A DNA stretch of 64,000 nt from Pseudomonadota bacterium (GTDB taxonomy: Bacteria; Bdellovibrionota_C; UBA2361; OMII01), in assembly GCA_039799965.1 (NCBI GenBank), contig JBDLRS010000033.1, positions 180-64,179 of the forward strand, read 5' to 3'. Below the pieces are notes generated by a model, which was given only the letters and a program-made list of their open reading frames with translations, did not search any database and had not been told where the DNA came from. This document shows positions 9,095 through 19,447 of this stretch, piece after piece; position 1 is the first letter of the stretch, and each line of letters starts with the position of its first letter. Both the position numbers and the translations under genes were made by a program.

Positions 9095-10929
9095 TCTCTA
9101 TCCTCGGCTCTACCATCGCGGCGTCTTCGCCCTGGCTCCTTCTCGGAATTCCGTGCGCAGTTGGGTTTCTCGTCTACATCTTTCGTGCTCGAGGCAACGC
9201 GCGCCAAGCGGTCGTCTCCTCACTCCTTTTTTTGAAGGAGCTTCCGCGCAGGCCTGTGGGGCGAAAAACCTTCGTGCCTCCGCTGCAATTTTGGCTCGAG
9301 CTCGCGATCCTTATCCTTCTTCTCCTTGCGGTCTCAGGTCTCTACATCGCTCGTTCAGGAAAACACATCGCGGTGGTCGTTGACTCATCGATTAGTATGG
9401 GAGCGCTCTATGGAGCCGGGGGAACACGACTCGATCAAGCGAAGCGGATCGCCACCCTTGATATCGAGCGAGCACCGGCCTCCACCACCTATACGATCTT
9501 CGCCTCATCGAAGGAGCTCACCCCCCTCTCTCAACCTAACGAGTCATCCTCGGACGCCATCACAACCCTTCAAGGAGCGAGACAATCCCACCGCCCGGAC
9601 GCCCTCCAACAACACCTTGCTGGGCTCGTTACCGACCCTCACTACGACGCGGTGTGGGTGTACACCGACAGAGAACTTGAAAAATCCCAGCCATCTCAGC
9701 GCCTGATCATAAACCAGATTCCACTCGATCCTTCGACCTCAACCAACGCCTGGATACAAGCGATCCAGGTCGAAGGTACGGATGCTCTTAAGGTCAAACT
9801 TGGGTACGGCGGAACCTCTCCAAAGGAAGCGTTAGTCGAAGGTGAGTGTTTCCAAAATCCCGCAACCGCCGCGGTGAAGCTCTCTCCTAAAACAGCGCGA
9901 TTAACTCCACATGAGGTTACGACAACCACTCTCGCGTCTCCTCAAACGGACTGGAGCTACTGCAGGGTGCATATCAAGCTCCAAGACGCCTCCCTCTTTG
10001 ATGCTCTCCCGATCGATAACGAGGGGTGGATAACCCGCGCGTCATCTGAGCCCGCCGTTCATCTCGTAAGTTCACTCTCCGCAGACCAGTTGGGGCTCAC
10101 CAAGGTACGATCGATCACCGTATCAGCCGATGACCAGAAGGAGGGCGCCACGGAGCTTCCAACGATCTATCACCGAGCCTCACCGTCAACCGTTACTATC
10201 ACACCCTCGCTCGTTGTTCTTCCGCCGCAAGGGATACTTCCCTGGGGCGGGGAAGCGCTCTCACGAGGAGTACAACGCAAGGAGGTTACCCGTTGGGACG
10301 GGTCTCATCCCGTTCTCCAGTACGTGAATCCCTCCCTTGTTACCTTTCCCGAGGTGCGACCACTAGAGTGTCCACCATCAGCGACCCCGATCCTTTTCTC
10401 ATCCGTCGGCCCGATTGCGTGTGCCGGAGAAGACAAGGGAGCGCGGTATCTCATCACCGGATTTGAACTATTCCCCTTTGAGGGCACGAAGAATGCCACC
10501 ATCAGCATCTTCACCTTGAATGCCTTCAAGTGGCTCTTTCAAAGCTCTGGAGCGACAACCATCGGCGAGCTCCCGATGAGAATCCCACTTCCCTCATCTG
10601 TGACCGAAGCTGGATACGTCCAACCGGAGAATTTTAAGCTAAAGCTTGAAGGCTCACGCATCGAGCCACCTGTTCCCGGAATCGTGCAACTCGAGGAACA
10701 GGATGGAGCGCAGCGATACCTTGCGCTCAATTCTTTTGAAGAAGGGGAGTCGAACCTATCTCGCCGCTCGACACTTTCCCTGCCGCCAACACCTCCCACA
10801 GCTCCGACGTCGTCGAGTTCCGCCACCTCTCATTCTCTCATCTCCGCCCTCGCGCTCCTTGCGCTTCTTGTTATCGGAGGAGACCTTGCCCGACGAATCC
10901 TTCACCACATTCGGTGGGGTGACGCATGA
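9091..10929 (+). CDS. BatA-like von Willebrand factor A protein with N- and C-terminal TM anchors
   Basis: 612 aa. N-terminal TM plus a BatA_N-like segment, then the MIDAS motif VVVDSSISM, and a C-terminal hydrophobic helix. Its start overlaps the DUF58 gene by 4 bp. Confidence 0.75.
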   Translation: MISILGSTIAASSPWLLLGIPCAVGFLVYIFRARGNARQAVVSSLLFLKELPRRPVGRKTFVPPLQFWLELAILILLLLAVSGLYIARSGKHIAVVVDSSISMGALYGAGGTRLDQAKRIATLDIERAPASTTYTIFASSKELTPLSQPNESSSDAITTLQGARQSHRPDALQQHLAGLVTDPHYDAVWVYTDRELEKSQPSQRLIINQIPLDPSTSTNAWIQAIQVEGTDALKVKLGYGGTSPKEALVEGECFQNPATAAVKLSPKTARLTPHEVTTTTLASPQTDWSYCRVHIKLQDASLFDALPIDNEGWITRASSEPAVHLVSSLSADQLGLTKVRSITVSADDQKEGATELPTIYHRASPSTVTITPSLVVLPPQGILPWGGEALSRGVQRKEVTRWDGSHPVLQYVNPSLVTFPEVRPLECPPSATPILFSSVGPIACAGEDKGARYLITGFELFPFEGTKNATISIFTLNAFKWLFQSSGATTIGELPMRIPLPSSVTEAGYVQPENFKLKLEGSRIEPPVPGIVQLEEQDGAQRYLALNSFEEGESNLSRRSTLSLPPTPPTAPTSSSSATSHSLISALALLALLVIGGDLARRILHHIRWGDA

Positions 10930-13484
10930 GCTTTGAAAGTCCGCTCGCGCTCCTCGCCGTCGTGCCCTTAGCGCTCGCGATAGCGGTATCACTGAGAGAC
11001 CCAAAGGGGAGATCTCCTCGAGCGCTATTCCTGGCGACCCTAAGGCTGCTGGCTATCGCATCTATCGCTGCTGCTCTGGCTCGCCCCTACCGAGCGGACC
11101 TTGCCCCCTCACAAGGAGCGGTAGCCCTTGTGGATGTCTCCTCTAGCATGACGAACGCTCAGGGAGAGAAGCTCCTCGCTGAGGCTCAAGAGTTGGCCGG
11201 GCACATCGGAGCGCCCCTCAAGGTGCTCCCCTTCGCCAGGGAGGCGAAACCAGCGCCGCAGTCACTCAGCTCCTACACAACCCTACGATCAACTTCCACC
11301 TCGCTCGACCCAAGCGCAACTAATATCGAGGCGGCGCTTCAGAACGCCCGCCCCGGTCGCGCTCCGATCGTGTTCCTCCTCTCTGATGGCTACGAGTCGA
11401 CCGGTCATGCCCTCGCTGCAGTGAGCTCGGGAGCCTCACCACGAGTATTCCCCCTTACAGTCGATGGTCCCCGAGACTCCCAAGGCATATCGATCTCCCA
11501 ACTCTTCGCGCCTCAGGTGGTTAAATCCCAACAACGAGCGGAGATACGAGTAACCCTCTCAAACCCAGAGACCCAAGATTCGCGGGGAACCCTGACTATT
11601 GGGCACGGACCTGCTCAGATATTCTCCAAACAGATCTCACTTCCAGATTCAGAGGACACCACCTTCATAGCGTTAAGTGATCCGACCCTTGAAGGACTCC
11701 ACCCGATCGTCGCGACCTACACCTGGAACGATGAGACGGGCTCTCACTCCGTATCAAAGACAACGTGGCTCTCAAGCGAAAAGAGGGACAAGGTGCTCCT
11801 TCTCTCTGGAGCTCCTGAAGATGACCGTTACCTTTCCCAGATACTTCGAGGGCAGGCGTACCAACTTCGAAGTGAGATAGCCTCACAAACAACATCCGCC
11901 GCGCTCGGCGCGCCGAACGACTACCGAACAATAATTTTAAACAACGTGGCAGCGAACGCGATTCCGTCGCCCTTCTCTGATGCGATAGCTCCCTTCGTTC
12001 GAAACGGCGGGGGACTTATCACGATAGGAGGGGACAGAAGCTACGGGCTCGGCGGATATATCGGCTCTCAATTTGAAACCCTCCTTCCGGTGAGGCTCGT
12101 TCCACCACACCTTGAAAAGAAGCGGCTCAACGTAGCGGTACAGCTCGTCATCGATAAGTCCCGAAGCATGGCTATGGACTCCCGGCTCGAGTTCGCGAAG
12201 AGCGCGGCGCGCGAGGTTTTAAACTCACTCAAAGATGACGACTACATCGGAGTAATCGGATTCGACGATGTGCCGTTTATCGCCCTCCCGATCTCTCCCG
12301 TCGGAAATGTAAGGAACTCCGCGGCAGAGCGGATAAGCCGCCTCTATCCTACCAAGAAAACGAACCTTTTTCCGGCCCTGGATGAAGCTCGCCGGGGGAT
12401 GGCCCGCATCAACGCTGGACGCAAGCACGTCATCATTCTTACCGATGGAAAACTACCTGATCCTGGCCCCTATTACTTTGATCTCGTACGACAGATGCGC
12501 CTTCTTGGCGTTACCGTTTCAACCGTCGTCGTCGGTAATGACGCGGATGATGGATTCCTCGCGCAGCTCGCGGAGATCGGTGGTGGATCGTTCTATCAAA
12601 CGGTGAACCCAGAGAATCTTCCGAAGATATTCCTCTCTGATGTGAAGGTGGCCTCAAATGAGAAATCTTTAAAGGAGACCCAAGATATTCCGGTATCGGT
12701 TGGTCCGTCCGGGATTATCTCAACGCAGCTCTCTGACTGCCCTACACTTCGTGGCTTCGTGGAGACCCTGCATCGAGAGAGCGCAAAAACCGAGCTCATC
12801 GTCACCGCGGAGCAAAAAGCCTATCCGCTCCTCGCCTCATGGACCGTCGATAAAGGTAAAGTTATTTCGTTCACCTCTGACGCCAACGGTCGATGGTCAT
12901 CGTTGTGGATGCAGTGGCGCTCCATCAATGAGTTTTGGTCGGATATCGTTGAATCAACTATCGCGCAGCCGAGCGGCGCTCGCTCCAATGTAAGCTTCGA
13001 CCTCCGGTCCTGGGTTGAGGGGGGCGAGCTTGTGGTCGACCTCTCGGTATTTGACGATATAGGTGGCGCAACCGTCGGTGGAACGGTTACTCGCCCCTCT
13101 CAGGAGAAGGCACCACTCTCCTTCGGCTCGGCGTCCCCCGGCCACTACCAAGCACGCGTTCCCAAGGCCGCTCCTGGTAAATACGTCGCTGCCGTTACGA
13201 TCGGCAACGCCACGCTCCCCGATGTCGCATGGGAGATCTCAGCAGAGACCTTCTCCGAACTTCCACACTTTAAACCAAATATGCCCCTACTCCAGCAGAT
13301 CGCCTCTCGTTCCGGGGGGCTTGTGAACCCTGATAAGGAATCGCTCTCGAAGTACCTAGAGTTGACTACTACCAAGAAGGACCTCTCAAGAACCTTCGCG
13401 TCGGTGGCGCTCCTACTCTTTATCTTCGAGCTGCTGGTGCGGGAGTTTGGGAGATTTTTTAGGGTGCGTCGGCGAGCTGTTTAA
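10926..13484 (+). CDS. Membrane-anchored protein with two vWA domains (BatB-like)
   Basis: 852 aa. N-terminal TM helices, MIDAS motifs VDVSSSM and VIDKSRSM, and a C-terminal TM. Overlaps the previous gene by 4 bp. Confidence 0.75.
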   Translation: MSFESPLALLAVVPLALAIAVSLRDPKGRSPRALFLATLRLLAIASIAAALARPYRADLAPSQGAVALVDVSSSMTNAQGEKLLAEAQELAGHIGAPLKVLPFAREAKPAPQSLSSYTTLRSTSTSLDPSATNIEAALQNARPGRAPIVFLLSDGYESTGHALAAVSSGASPRVFPLTVDGPRDSQGISISQLFAPQVVKSQQRAEIRVTLSNPETQDSRGTLTIGHGPAQIFSKQISLPDSEDTTFIALSDPTLEGLHPIVATYTWNDETGSHSVSKTTWLSSEKRDKVLLLSGAPEDDRYLSQILRGQAYQLRSEIASQTTSAALGAPNDYRTIILNNVAANAIPSPFSDAIAPFVRNGGGLITIGGDRSYGLGGYIGSQFETLLPVRLVPPHLEKKRLNVAVQLVIDKSRSMAMDSRLEFAKSAAREVLNSLKDDDYIGVIGFDDVPFIALPISPVGNVRNSAAERISRLYPTKKTNLFPALDEARRGMARINAGRKHVIILTDGKLPDPGPYYFDLVRQMRLLGVTVSTVVVGNDADDGFLAQLAEIGGGSFYQTVNPENLPKIFLSDVKVASNEKSLKETQDIPVSVGPSGIISTQLSDCPTLRGFVETLHRESAKTELIVTAEQKAYPLLASWTVDKGKVISFTSDANGRWSSLWMQWRSINEFWSDIVESTIAQPSGARSNVSFDLRSWVEGGELVVDLSVFDDIGGATVGGTVTRPSQEKAPLSFGSASPGHYQARVPKAAPGKYVAAVTIGNATLPDVAWEISAETFSELPHFKPNMPLLQQIASRSGGLVNPDKESLSKYLELTTTKKDLSRTFASVALLLFIFELLVREFGRFFRVRRRAV

Positions 13485-13659
13485 GAACGAGCATCCGCCC
13501 CGGTACAAGGATAGGCGGTCGTCCTCGACCACCGCGTTGCGTTCGGCGAACACTGTTCAGGTCACCATACCTTTCAACGACCGAGGGCGATCGCTCCTAT
13601 CCTTATCGCCCCTGAAAACTTTCCTTTGATTTTGCCCAGGGAACGGCTACAACACCCAT

Positions 13660-14313
13660 ATGACACAGCCCTATACCATCTACTTCGCCGGTGAGCTGTT
13701 TAGTTTAAAGCACCTCCTCGGTAATGCGGTCTTGGCCGAGCAGATTCACCTCGAATCTCAGGACCGGTATAAATGCATCGTGCCTCAAGATCTTGAACAA
13801 CGAGAAACCACGCCAACGGCTATTAGAGACCAAGATCTCTTGCACGTAGTCTCCTGCGATGTTGGGCTCTTTCATTTCGATGGCCCTGAACTCGACTCAG
13901 GAACGGTTGTGGAGTTCGTGATCTCAAAGATACTCGATATTCCATCTGTAATCATTCGAACTGATTTCCGACTGGGCGGCGACTCTAAGCTCGACCCGTG
14001 GAACCTCATGTGCTCAGGGTATCCTCGCACCAAAGTCCTTCTCCTCGACGCCATGGCTTCCTACCAAAAGCAGCTCCGAGCTGAAGGACTCTCTCCGACA
14101 AACGCCGCGCACGAAGCGAGCAGACACTTCGCGCGTGATGTCGTGACGGCGCTCGATGAGGTTCGCGCGATGCCACCAAGACTCTCTGCAAACGCTCGAG
14201 AGACCGTCTACGAGTGGATGCGACATGTGCCGGGAGAATCATTTGCCAAGGCGCTTACACGAGGAGATCTCAAAGAGATCCTTTCGTCTAAACTCTCACG
14301 GGGATTGCTCTAA
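13660..14313 (+). CDS. Nucleoside 2-deoxyribosyltransferase-like protein
   Basis: 217 aa. N-terminal IYFAGELFS and a downstream DG...E motif (GTVVEFV), resembling the NDT/PF05014 fold. Assignment is by motif only. Confidence 0.45.
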   Translation: MTQPYTIYFAGELFSLKHLLGNAVLAEQIHLESQDRYKCIVPQDLEQRETTPTAIRDQDLLHVVSCDVGLFHFDGPELDSGTVVEFVISKILDIPSVIIRTDFRLGGDSKLDPWNLMCSGYPRTKVLLLDAMASYQKQLRAEGLSPTNAAHEASRHFARDVVTALDEVRAMPPRLSANARETVYEWMRHVPGESFAKALTRGDLKEILSSKLSRGLL

Positions 14314-14383
14314 TAGCAATGCGACTAGCCGTCATCGGAAGCTTCGTTCAAGACCTCGCGTTTCTCGAACTCCTTAACGCCCC

Positions 14384-16828
14384 TTAGACCAACACCAACT
14401 TCGCGAACCGATATACGAGCTTCTTCGGCTCATCGAACGAATCAAACTTCACCGTAACGTTGGCGGAATTACCACTACCCTTAACGCTCTCCACACACCC
14501 TTTGCCGAACGTTGGATGAATCACCTCAACACCGGGAGCAAGCTGTTCAATCGCGGCGGAGGGCCTCCCACTGTACCCCTCAGGCACCTTTGTCTCCTGC
14601 TTCATCGCATCAGCGGGCATGAGGAGATTTCGAATCTGATCAAGCGAAACGTTCGTCTTCGATGAGTACACAGGCTCGGACTCGTTGCGAGATGGATACT
14701 TCTTCTTCCTGCGCCAGGTGTTCGAGTAATCATCCTCGATACGGGTGTCGATATCATCGTCATCATCAAACGAAAACCGAGGGTACCCTTCAATGAATGA
14801 CGCGCCCTGCGAGCGCTCCGTGCCAACAGCGGTAAAGCTCTTGGGATCGATATCTTTAGCGAAGCGACTGACCACCCGAGCGCCACCCGCGCTTCCCGCG
14901 CTCCCTCCCGCCGCGAACATTCCACGATTATGGGAACGGGTAAGGTAGAGAACCTTCATCGCTCGCGTAACGCCCACATAACAGAGTCGTCGCTCCTCTT
15001 CGAGTCCAACGACATCATCAAGCGATCGATAGTGTGGAAGAAGCCCTTCCTCCATGCCGGCAAGAAATACAACCGGAAACTCCAAGCCCTTAGCAAGATG
15101 AAGGGTCATGAGCGACACCGTGTCGGTCTTTTGATTTGGGTCATTCGCCCCTGCCTCGCCCGCGGGAAGATCAGCGCTTGAGGTGAGTGAGATACGATCA
15201 AGCAAATCCTTCATGACCTCTTCGGTTGAGGTCTCCGGTCGCTCCATCGTTCGACCCAAGGACTTTAACTCTTGTAAGTTCTCGATGCGTGACTGCGCCG
15301 TTGGATCCTTCATCGCCGCCAATCGAGGACCGTATTCAGTCTTCTCGACGATAAAGCCAAGGAACTCTCCGAGCTTCATCACCTGTGATGCTTGCTTTAA
15401 CTCTCCCATCAACTCAACGAACTTATTAACGCTCTTGTTCGACTTCGCCACGGTTACTGAGGCGTGCAAAAACGGCATCGAGGTCTCACGAGCCTCATCG
15501 GCGATCGCCTGTACCGCCTGTGCCCCAATACCGCGAGGTGGAGTATTCACAACCCGCTGAAAAGCCTGATTGTCGGCTGGATTTACGAGAAGCCGAACGT
15601 ACGCGAGGATATCCTTGACCTCTTTGCGATCAAAGAACTTTAAACCTCCAAATATCTTGTACGGAATCTTCCCCCGTACCAACGACTCCTCAAGCGCTCG
15701 CGTTTGCGCGTTGGTTCGATATAGGATAGCCATCTCAGAGTACTTATACCCCTGCGTGCTAAGCTTCCGGATCTCAGAGGTGATAAACTCGGCCTCCTGG
15801 TTCTCATCGTAGCCGATAAAGGTACGGATCGGATCTCCCTCATCTCCCGCGGTCCAAAGCTTCTTAGCTTTTCGGGATTTATTCTTTTCAATAACGGCGT
15901 GAGCGGCATTAAGGATCGTTCCCGTTGAGCGATAGTTCTGCTCAAGCTTTACAACCTTGGTATTCGGATAGTCCTTCTCAAACTCAAGGATGTTGCTAAT
16001 GGTCGCCCCTCTGAACCCGTAAATCGACTGGTCGTCATCCCCTACCACAAACAGGTTGCGTCGTGGCTCCGCGAGCAAGCGGATGAACATATACTGAACC
16101 TTGTTGGTGTCCTGGAACTCATCCACCAAGATGTAGTGAAGGGTTCGACGATAGTAATCGAGCACCTCAGGAAACTCCCGCAACACACGAACCGCGTTGA
16201 CCAGAAGGTCGCCGAAGTCCATCGCGTTCGCCGCAAGAAGTATCTTTTGATACCGGTCATACACCTGAGCTTGAAGATCGGTCTCAATGCTTGAAGCTCG
16301 CTGTCCAGCCTCGGCCGGAAGGATGTAGTTGTTCTTAAACTTGTCTATCGCTCGAGAGAAGGTATCGAGTGGGTATCGGTCCTCATTGATGTTGAGCTCC
16401 TTCAAGACCTGCTTCAACACACCTTTCGTATCTTGATCATCGTAGATGACGAATTGATTGCTGTACGAGAGACGGGACGCGTTATGTCGAAGAATTCTTA
16501 AACCAGCGGAGTGGAAGGTAGTTATCCACAGATTTTCCCCATCTGTGCCTAATAGAGAATGTAACCGTTCGCGCATCTCCTGCGCGGCTTTGTTGGTAAA
16601 GGTGACGGCAAGAATACGATACGCGGGCACACCTTGCTCAAGGACGAGCTGCGCGACTCGGTGAGTAAGCACCCGAGTCTTTCCACTTCCGGCACCAGCG
16701 AGAACAAGGATAGGCCCATCTCCATGAACTACAGCCTCCGCTTGGGGGTCGTTGAGCCCCTTGGTCAAGTTAGGTTGTGCTGGGGGGGAATCCTCTGAAG
16801 AGAACATCGGAGCTTGGTCGCCAATCAT
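14384..16828 (-). CDS. uvrD: UvrD/PcrA-type superfamily-1 DNA helicase with a C-terminal extension
   Basis: 814 aa. Motif I AGAGSGKT, motif II DEFQDT and helicase motifs III-VI. Has a C-terminal tail of about 120 aa. UvrD and PcrA cannot be told apart from sequence alone. Confidence 0.9.
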   Translation of the reverse strand: MIGDQAPMFSSEDSPPAQPNLTKGLNDPQAEAVVHGDGPILVLAGAGSGKTRVLTHRVAQLVLEQGVPAYRILAVTFTNKAAQEMRERLHSLLGTDGENLWITTFHSAGLRILRHNASRLSYSNQFVIYDDQDTKGVLKQVLKELNINEDRYPLDTFSRAIDKFKNNYILPAEAGQRASSIETDLQAQVYDRYQKILLAANAMDFGDLLVNAVRVLREFPEVLDYYRRTLHYILVDEFQDTNKVQYMFIRLLAEPRRNLFVVGDDDQSIYGFRGATISNILEFEKDYPNTKVVKLEQNYRSTGTILNAAHAVIEKNKSRKAKKLWTAGDEGDPIRTFIGYDENQEAEFITSEIRKLSTQGYKYSEMAILYRTNAQTRALEESLVRGKIPYKIFGGLKFFDRKEVKDILAYVRLLVNPADNQAFQRVVNTPPRGIGAQAVQAIADEARETSMPFLHASVTVAKSNKSVNKFVELMGELKQASQVMKLGEFLGFIVEKTEYGPRLAAMKDPTAQSRIENLQELKSLGRTMERPETSTEEVMKDLLDRISLTSSADLPAGEAGANDPNQKTDTVSLMTLHLAKGLEFPVVFLAGMEEGLLPHYRSLDDVVGLEEERRLCYVGVTRAMKVLYLTRSHNRGMFAAGGSAGSAGGARVVSRFAKDIDPKSFTAVGTERSQGASFIEGYPRFSFDDDDDIDTRIEDDYSNTWRRKKKYPSRNESEPVYSSKTNVSLDQIRNLLMPADAMKQETKVPEGYSGRPSAAIEQLAPGVEVIHPTFGKGCVESVKGSGNSANVTVKFDSFDEPKKLVYRFAKLVLV

Positions 16829-16852
16829 GAAATGTCGAAGTCCAAATCTTAA

Positions 16853-16879
16853 ACAAAAAAGGGAGATGAAACATCTCCC
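16853..16879 (-). terminator. Rho-independent terminator downstream of the small ORF 16940..17110
   Basis: Perfect 8-bp stem gggagatg/catctccc at 16861-16879, followed on the minus strand by TTTTTT (plus-strand A6 at 16855-16860). Confidence 0.6.
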
Positions 16880-16939
16880 TCCGGCTACAAAAGCCGACGA
16901 TACCCCCGCGGAGGATCGCTGTACATTGTTCCGTTGGTC

Positions 16940-17110
16940 TTATCGCAACCGACGAGCGACTTGTTGCCCACGAAGTGAAACTTTTGCCACTCCGTACACC
17001 TCTCCGACCTGACCCTGTGGCATAGCTTGAAAGAGGAGCTTGGCGATGAACGCGAGGGTGAGTACAGCGCAGACGAAGTCGATTCCCAGTACTAATAAAT
17101 CATTGCTCAT
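16940..17110 (-). CDS. Small hydrophobic protein of 56 aa, probably with a single TM
   Basis: ATG at 17108-17110 lies 5 nt after GGAGG. The peptide MSNDLLVLGIDFVCAVLTLAFIAKLLFQ... has a basic C-terminus. Its own terminator lies downstream. Taken from a 60-aa ORF in the supplied track, using the second Met. Confidence 0.35.
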   Translation of the reverse strand: MSNDLLVLGIDFVCAVLTLAFIAKLLFQAMPQGQVGEVYGVAKVSLRGQQVARRLR

Positions 17111-17294
17111 AATGGCCTCCACATTTCGTTTCTATAGTTTTTCTATAGCAGAATCGGGCGCACTTCAAGTCTTTTTCTATATCTAATCAAAATATGACGA
17201 TGAGATGATATCCAGAGCCTAACTTCAAGTGCTTAGCTAATAAAACAAGGGTGTATTGGTGCGTTCAAGGGGGCAAGGTGGTAGGTTAGCGCCC

Positions 17295-17888
17295 ATGGCT
17301 GACTACAACCGCAAAGACCATCTCTATCACAAAGCCAAGGAGGAGGGATTTGAATCTCGCGCCGCCTACAAGCTCCTGGAGATTCAGCAACTGTACAAGG
17401 TTATTCATTACGGGGGGCACGTGCTTGATGTCGGCGCCTGGCCAGGTGGGTGGACCCAGGTCTCCCTCGATATCGTCGGACCGAAAGGAACCGTTACCGC
17501 TATTGATCTCGTTCCGATAGACTCGATCGGCGATCCACGATGCAAATGTATAACTGGCGACGCCCGCGATTTAGAGGAGATCCTCGGACATCCCGGCCCC
17601 TGCTTCGACGCGGTAATCTCCGATATGTCACCAAAGCTGACCGGCATCAAAGAGGCCGACCAAGCAGGGACGGTGGCATGCGCCGAACTTGCACTCTACG
17701 TAGCACAACAACTTTTGAAGAAAGGCGGCAGTTTCGTCGTCAAGGTATTTAAGGGTGGACAAGTTGAAGGGTTTGTCAAATCCGCTAGGCCCATGTTTAA
17801 TAAGTTGATTCGGTCGGAGTTAAAGTCGACTCGGGCAACCTCGAACGAGTTCTATGTCATAGGCCTCGGATTTAAAGGTACCAGATAA
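17295..17888 (+). CDS. rlmE: 23S rRNA (uridine-2'-O)-methyltransferase RlmE/FtsJ
   Basis: FRSRAAYKL, DVGAWPGGWTQV and DxxxK motifs of the FtsJ family. The start is set at the internal Met by alignment with RlmE N-termini. The track ORF begins 39 nt earlier. Confidence 0.85.
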   Translation: MADYNRKDHLYHKAKEEGFESRAAYKLLEIQQLYKVIHYGGHVLDVGAWPGGWTQVSLDIVGPKGTVTAIDLVPIDSIGDPRCKCITGDARDLEEILGHPGPCFDAVISDMSPKLTGIKEADQAGTVACAELALYVAQQLLKKGGSFVVKVFKGGQVEGFVKSARPMFNKLIRSELKSTRATSNEFYVIGLGFKGTR

Positions 17889-17902
17889 CCATCGAAGGAC
17901 AC

Positions 17903-18694
17903 ATGAACCTCGTCGCAACCACCGAGCGCTTTGGTAACTTCATCATCTCAACAACCGAGCAGTGGGGACGTTCGTGGATTTTTCTCTACCGAACGCTCAT
18001 TGCTCTGATCAAACCTCCCTATCGCCCCTTCCTCTATCTCCAACAGCTTTTGATGATAGGCGTGAACTCCACGCTTGTTATCGCTCTGATTGGTCTCTTC
18101 ACTGGCGCCGTGTTGGCCGTTCAAGGTGAATATACCTTGGCAAAGTTTGGAGCCACCGCGTACACCGGACCCGCTGTGGCATTAAGCTTAATTCGAGAAC
18201 TCGGTCCCGTACTCACCGCGCTCATGCTCATCGGTCGGGCAGGATCGGCTGTAACCGCGGAGCTCGGCATCATGCGCATCACCGAGCAGGTCGACGCGCT
18301 GCGATCAATGGCCGTTGACCCTATTAAGTACCTCATGGCTCCACGCCTTGCGGCGGGACTGATCGCGATGCCGCTTCTCTGCGCTATATTTAATGTAGTC
18401 GGTATCTTCGGCGGCTATTGCGTCGCGGTTGGACTACTCGGTCTTAGCTCAGGAACGTTCATGAGCGAGATGACCTCAGCGGTTGGCCTCGTTGATGTTA
18501 AATCAGGTTTTATTAAATCAGCGGTGTTCGGACTCATCTTCGGATGGGTGAGCTGCTACAAAGGATACACCTGCGGTTTCGGCGCTCAGGGAGTCAACAA
18601 GGCAACAACCCAATCCGTAGTAACCGCGTCGGTCGCGGTTCTTATCGTCGATTACTTCCTCACGAGCGTACTCACTCGTGTCTTCATGGACTAA
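17903..18694 (+). CDS. mlaE: MlaE-family ABC transporter permease
   Basis: 263 aa with multiple TM segments and MlaE-like conserved stretches. It is followed by the ATPase, MCE and MlaC-like genes. Confidence 0.8.
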   Translation: MNLVATTERFGNFIISTTEQWGRSWIFLYRTLIALIKPPYRPFLYLQQLLMIGVNSTLVIALIGLFTGAVLAVQGEYTLAKFGATAYTGPAVALSLIRELGPVLTALMLIGRAGSAVTAELGIMRITEQVDALRSMAVDPIKYLMAPRLAAGLIAMPLLCAIFNVVGIFGGYCVAVGLLGLSSGTFMSEMTSAVGLVDVKSGFIKSAVFGLIFGWVSCYKGYTCGFGAQGVNKATTQSVVTASVAVLIVDYFLTSVLTRVFMD

Positions 18695-18697
18695 TGG

Positions 18698-19447
18698 ATG
18701 ATATCGGTTCATAACGTTCATAAACGGTTCGGTTCACAGGTTGTTCTTGACGGCGTTAGCATCGAAATCGAGCCAGGAAAAACGACGACCGTTGTGGGTC
18801 CAAGCGGAGTGGGTAAGTCGGTTCTCTTGAAGCTCATCATGGGGATTATGTCTCCAGACGCGGGCGAGATTTACATCGGTGGCGATAACATAACCAAAGC
18901 AAAGTCGGAGGCATCGAAGAACGAAATTCGAAAACAGCTCGGCGTTCTATTCCAATCCGCGGCTCTATTTGATTCTCTGACCATCTACGACAATATCGCC
19001 TTCCCCCTTCTTGAGCGTTCACGTCTGAGCGTCTCGAAGGCCCATAAAAAGGTGCTCACTATAGCCGAATCACTCAGCCTTGGGCCCTACCTCTCGAACT
19101 ACCCGGAGCAGGTATCGATCGGTATTAGAAAGCGGGTGGGAATGGCTCGCGCCCTTATAACTGAGCCAAAGATCCTTTTGGTGGACGAGCCGAACACGGG
19201 TCTCGACCCTCTTGATGGTCAAGAGGTGTATGATTTGATAAATGCGTGTAAGAATCAGTGGGGATTCACCGGCTTAGTGATAAGCCACGAACTCCCTGAG
19301 GTATTTCAGGTATCAGAGCGAGTTGCCATGATACTCGGCGGTAAGATTATCGCCGAGGGCACCCCCGCTGAGATGATAGCTTCTACTGATCTTGCGGTGC
19401 AGCAATTCCTGAATGGGAGAACGGATGGACCAATCAAAATTCAATAA
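18698..19447 (+). CDS. mlaF: MlaF-type ABC transporter ATP-binding protein
   Basis: Walker A GPSGVGKS, the ABC signature, and Walker B LLVDEP. Confidence 0.85.
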   Translation: MISVHNVHKRFGSQVVLDGVSIEIEPGKTTTVVGPSGVGKSVLLKLIMGIMSPDAGEIYIGGDNITKAKSEASKNEIRKQLGVLFQSAALFDSLTIYDNIAFPLLERSRLSVSKAHKKVLTIAESLSLGPYLSNYPEQVSIGIRKRVGMARALITEPKILLVDEPNTGLDPLDGQEVYDLINACKNQWGFTGLVISHELPEVFQVSERVAMILGGKIIAEGTPAEMIASTDLAVQQFLNGRTDGPIKIQ

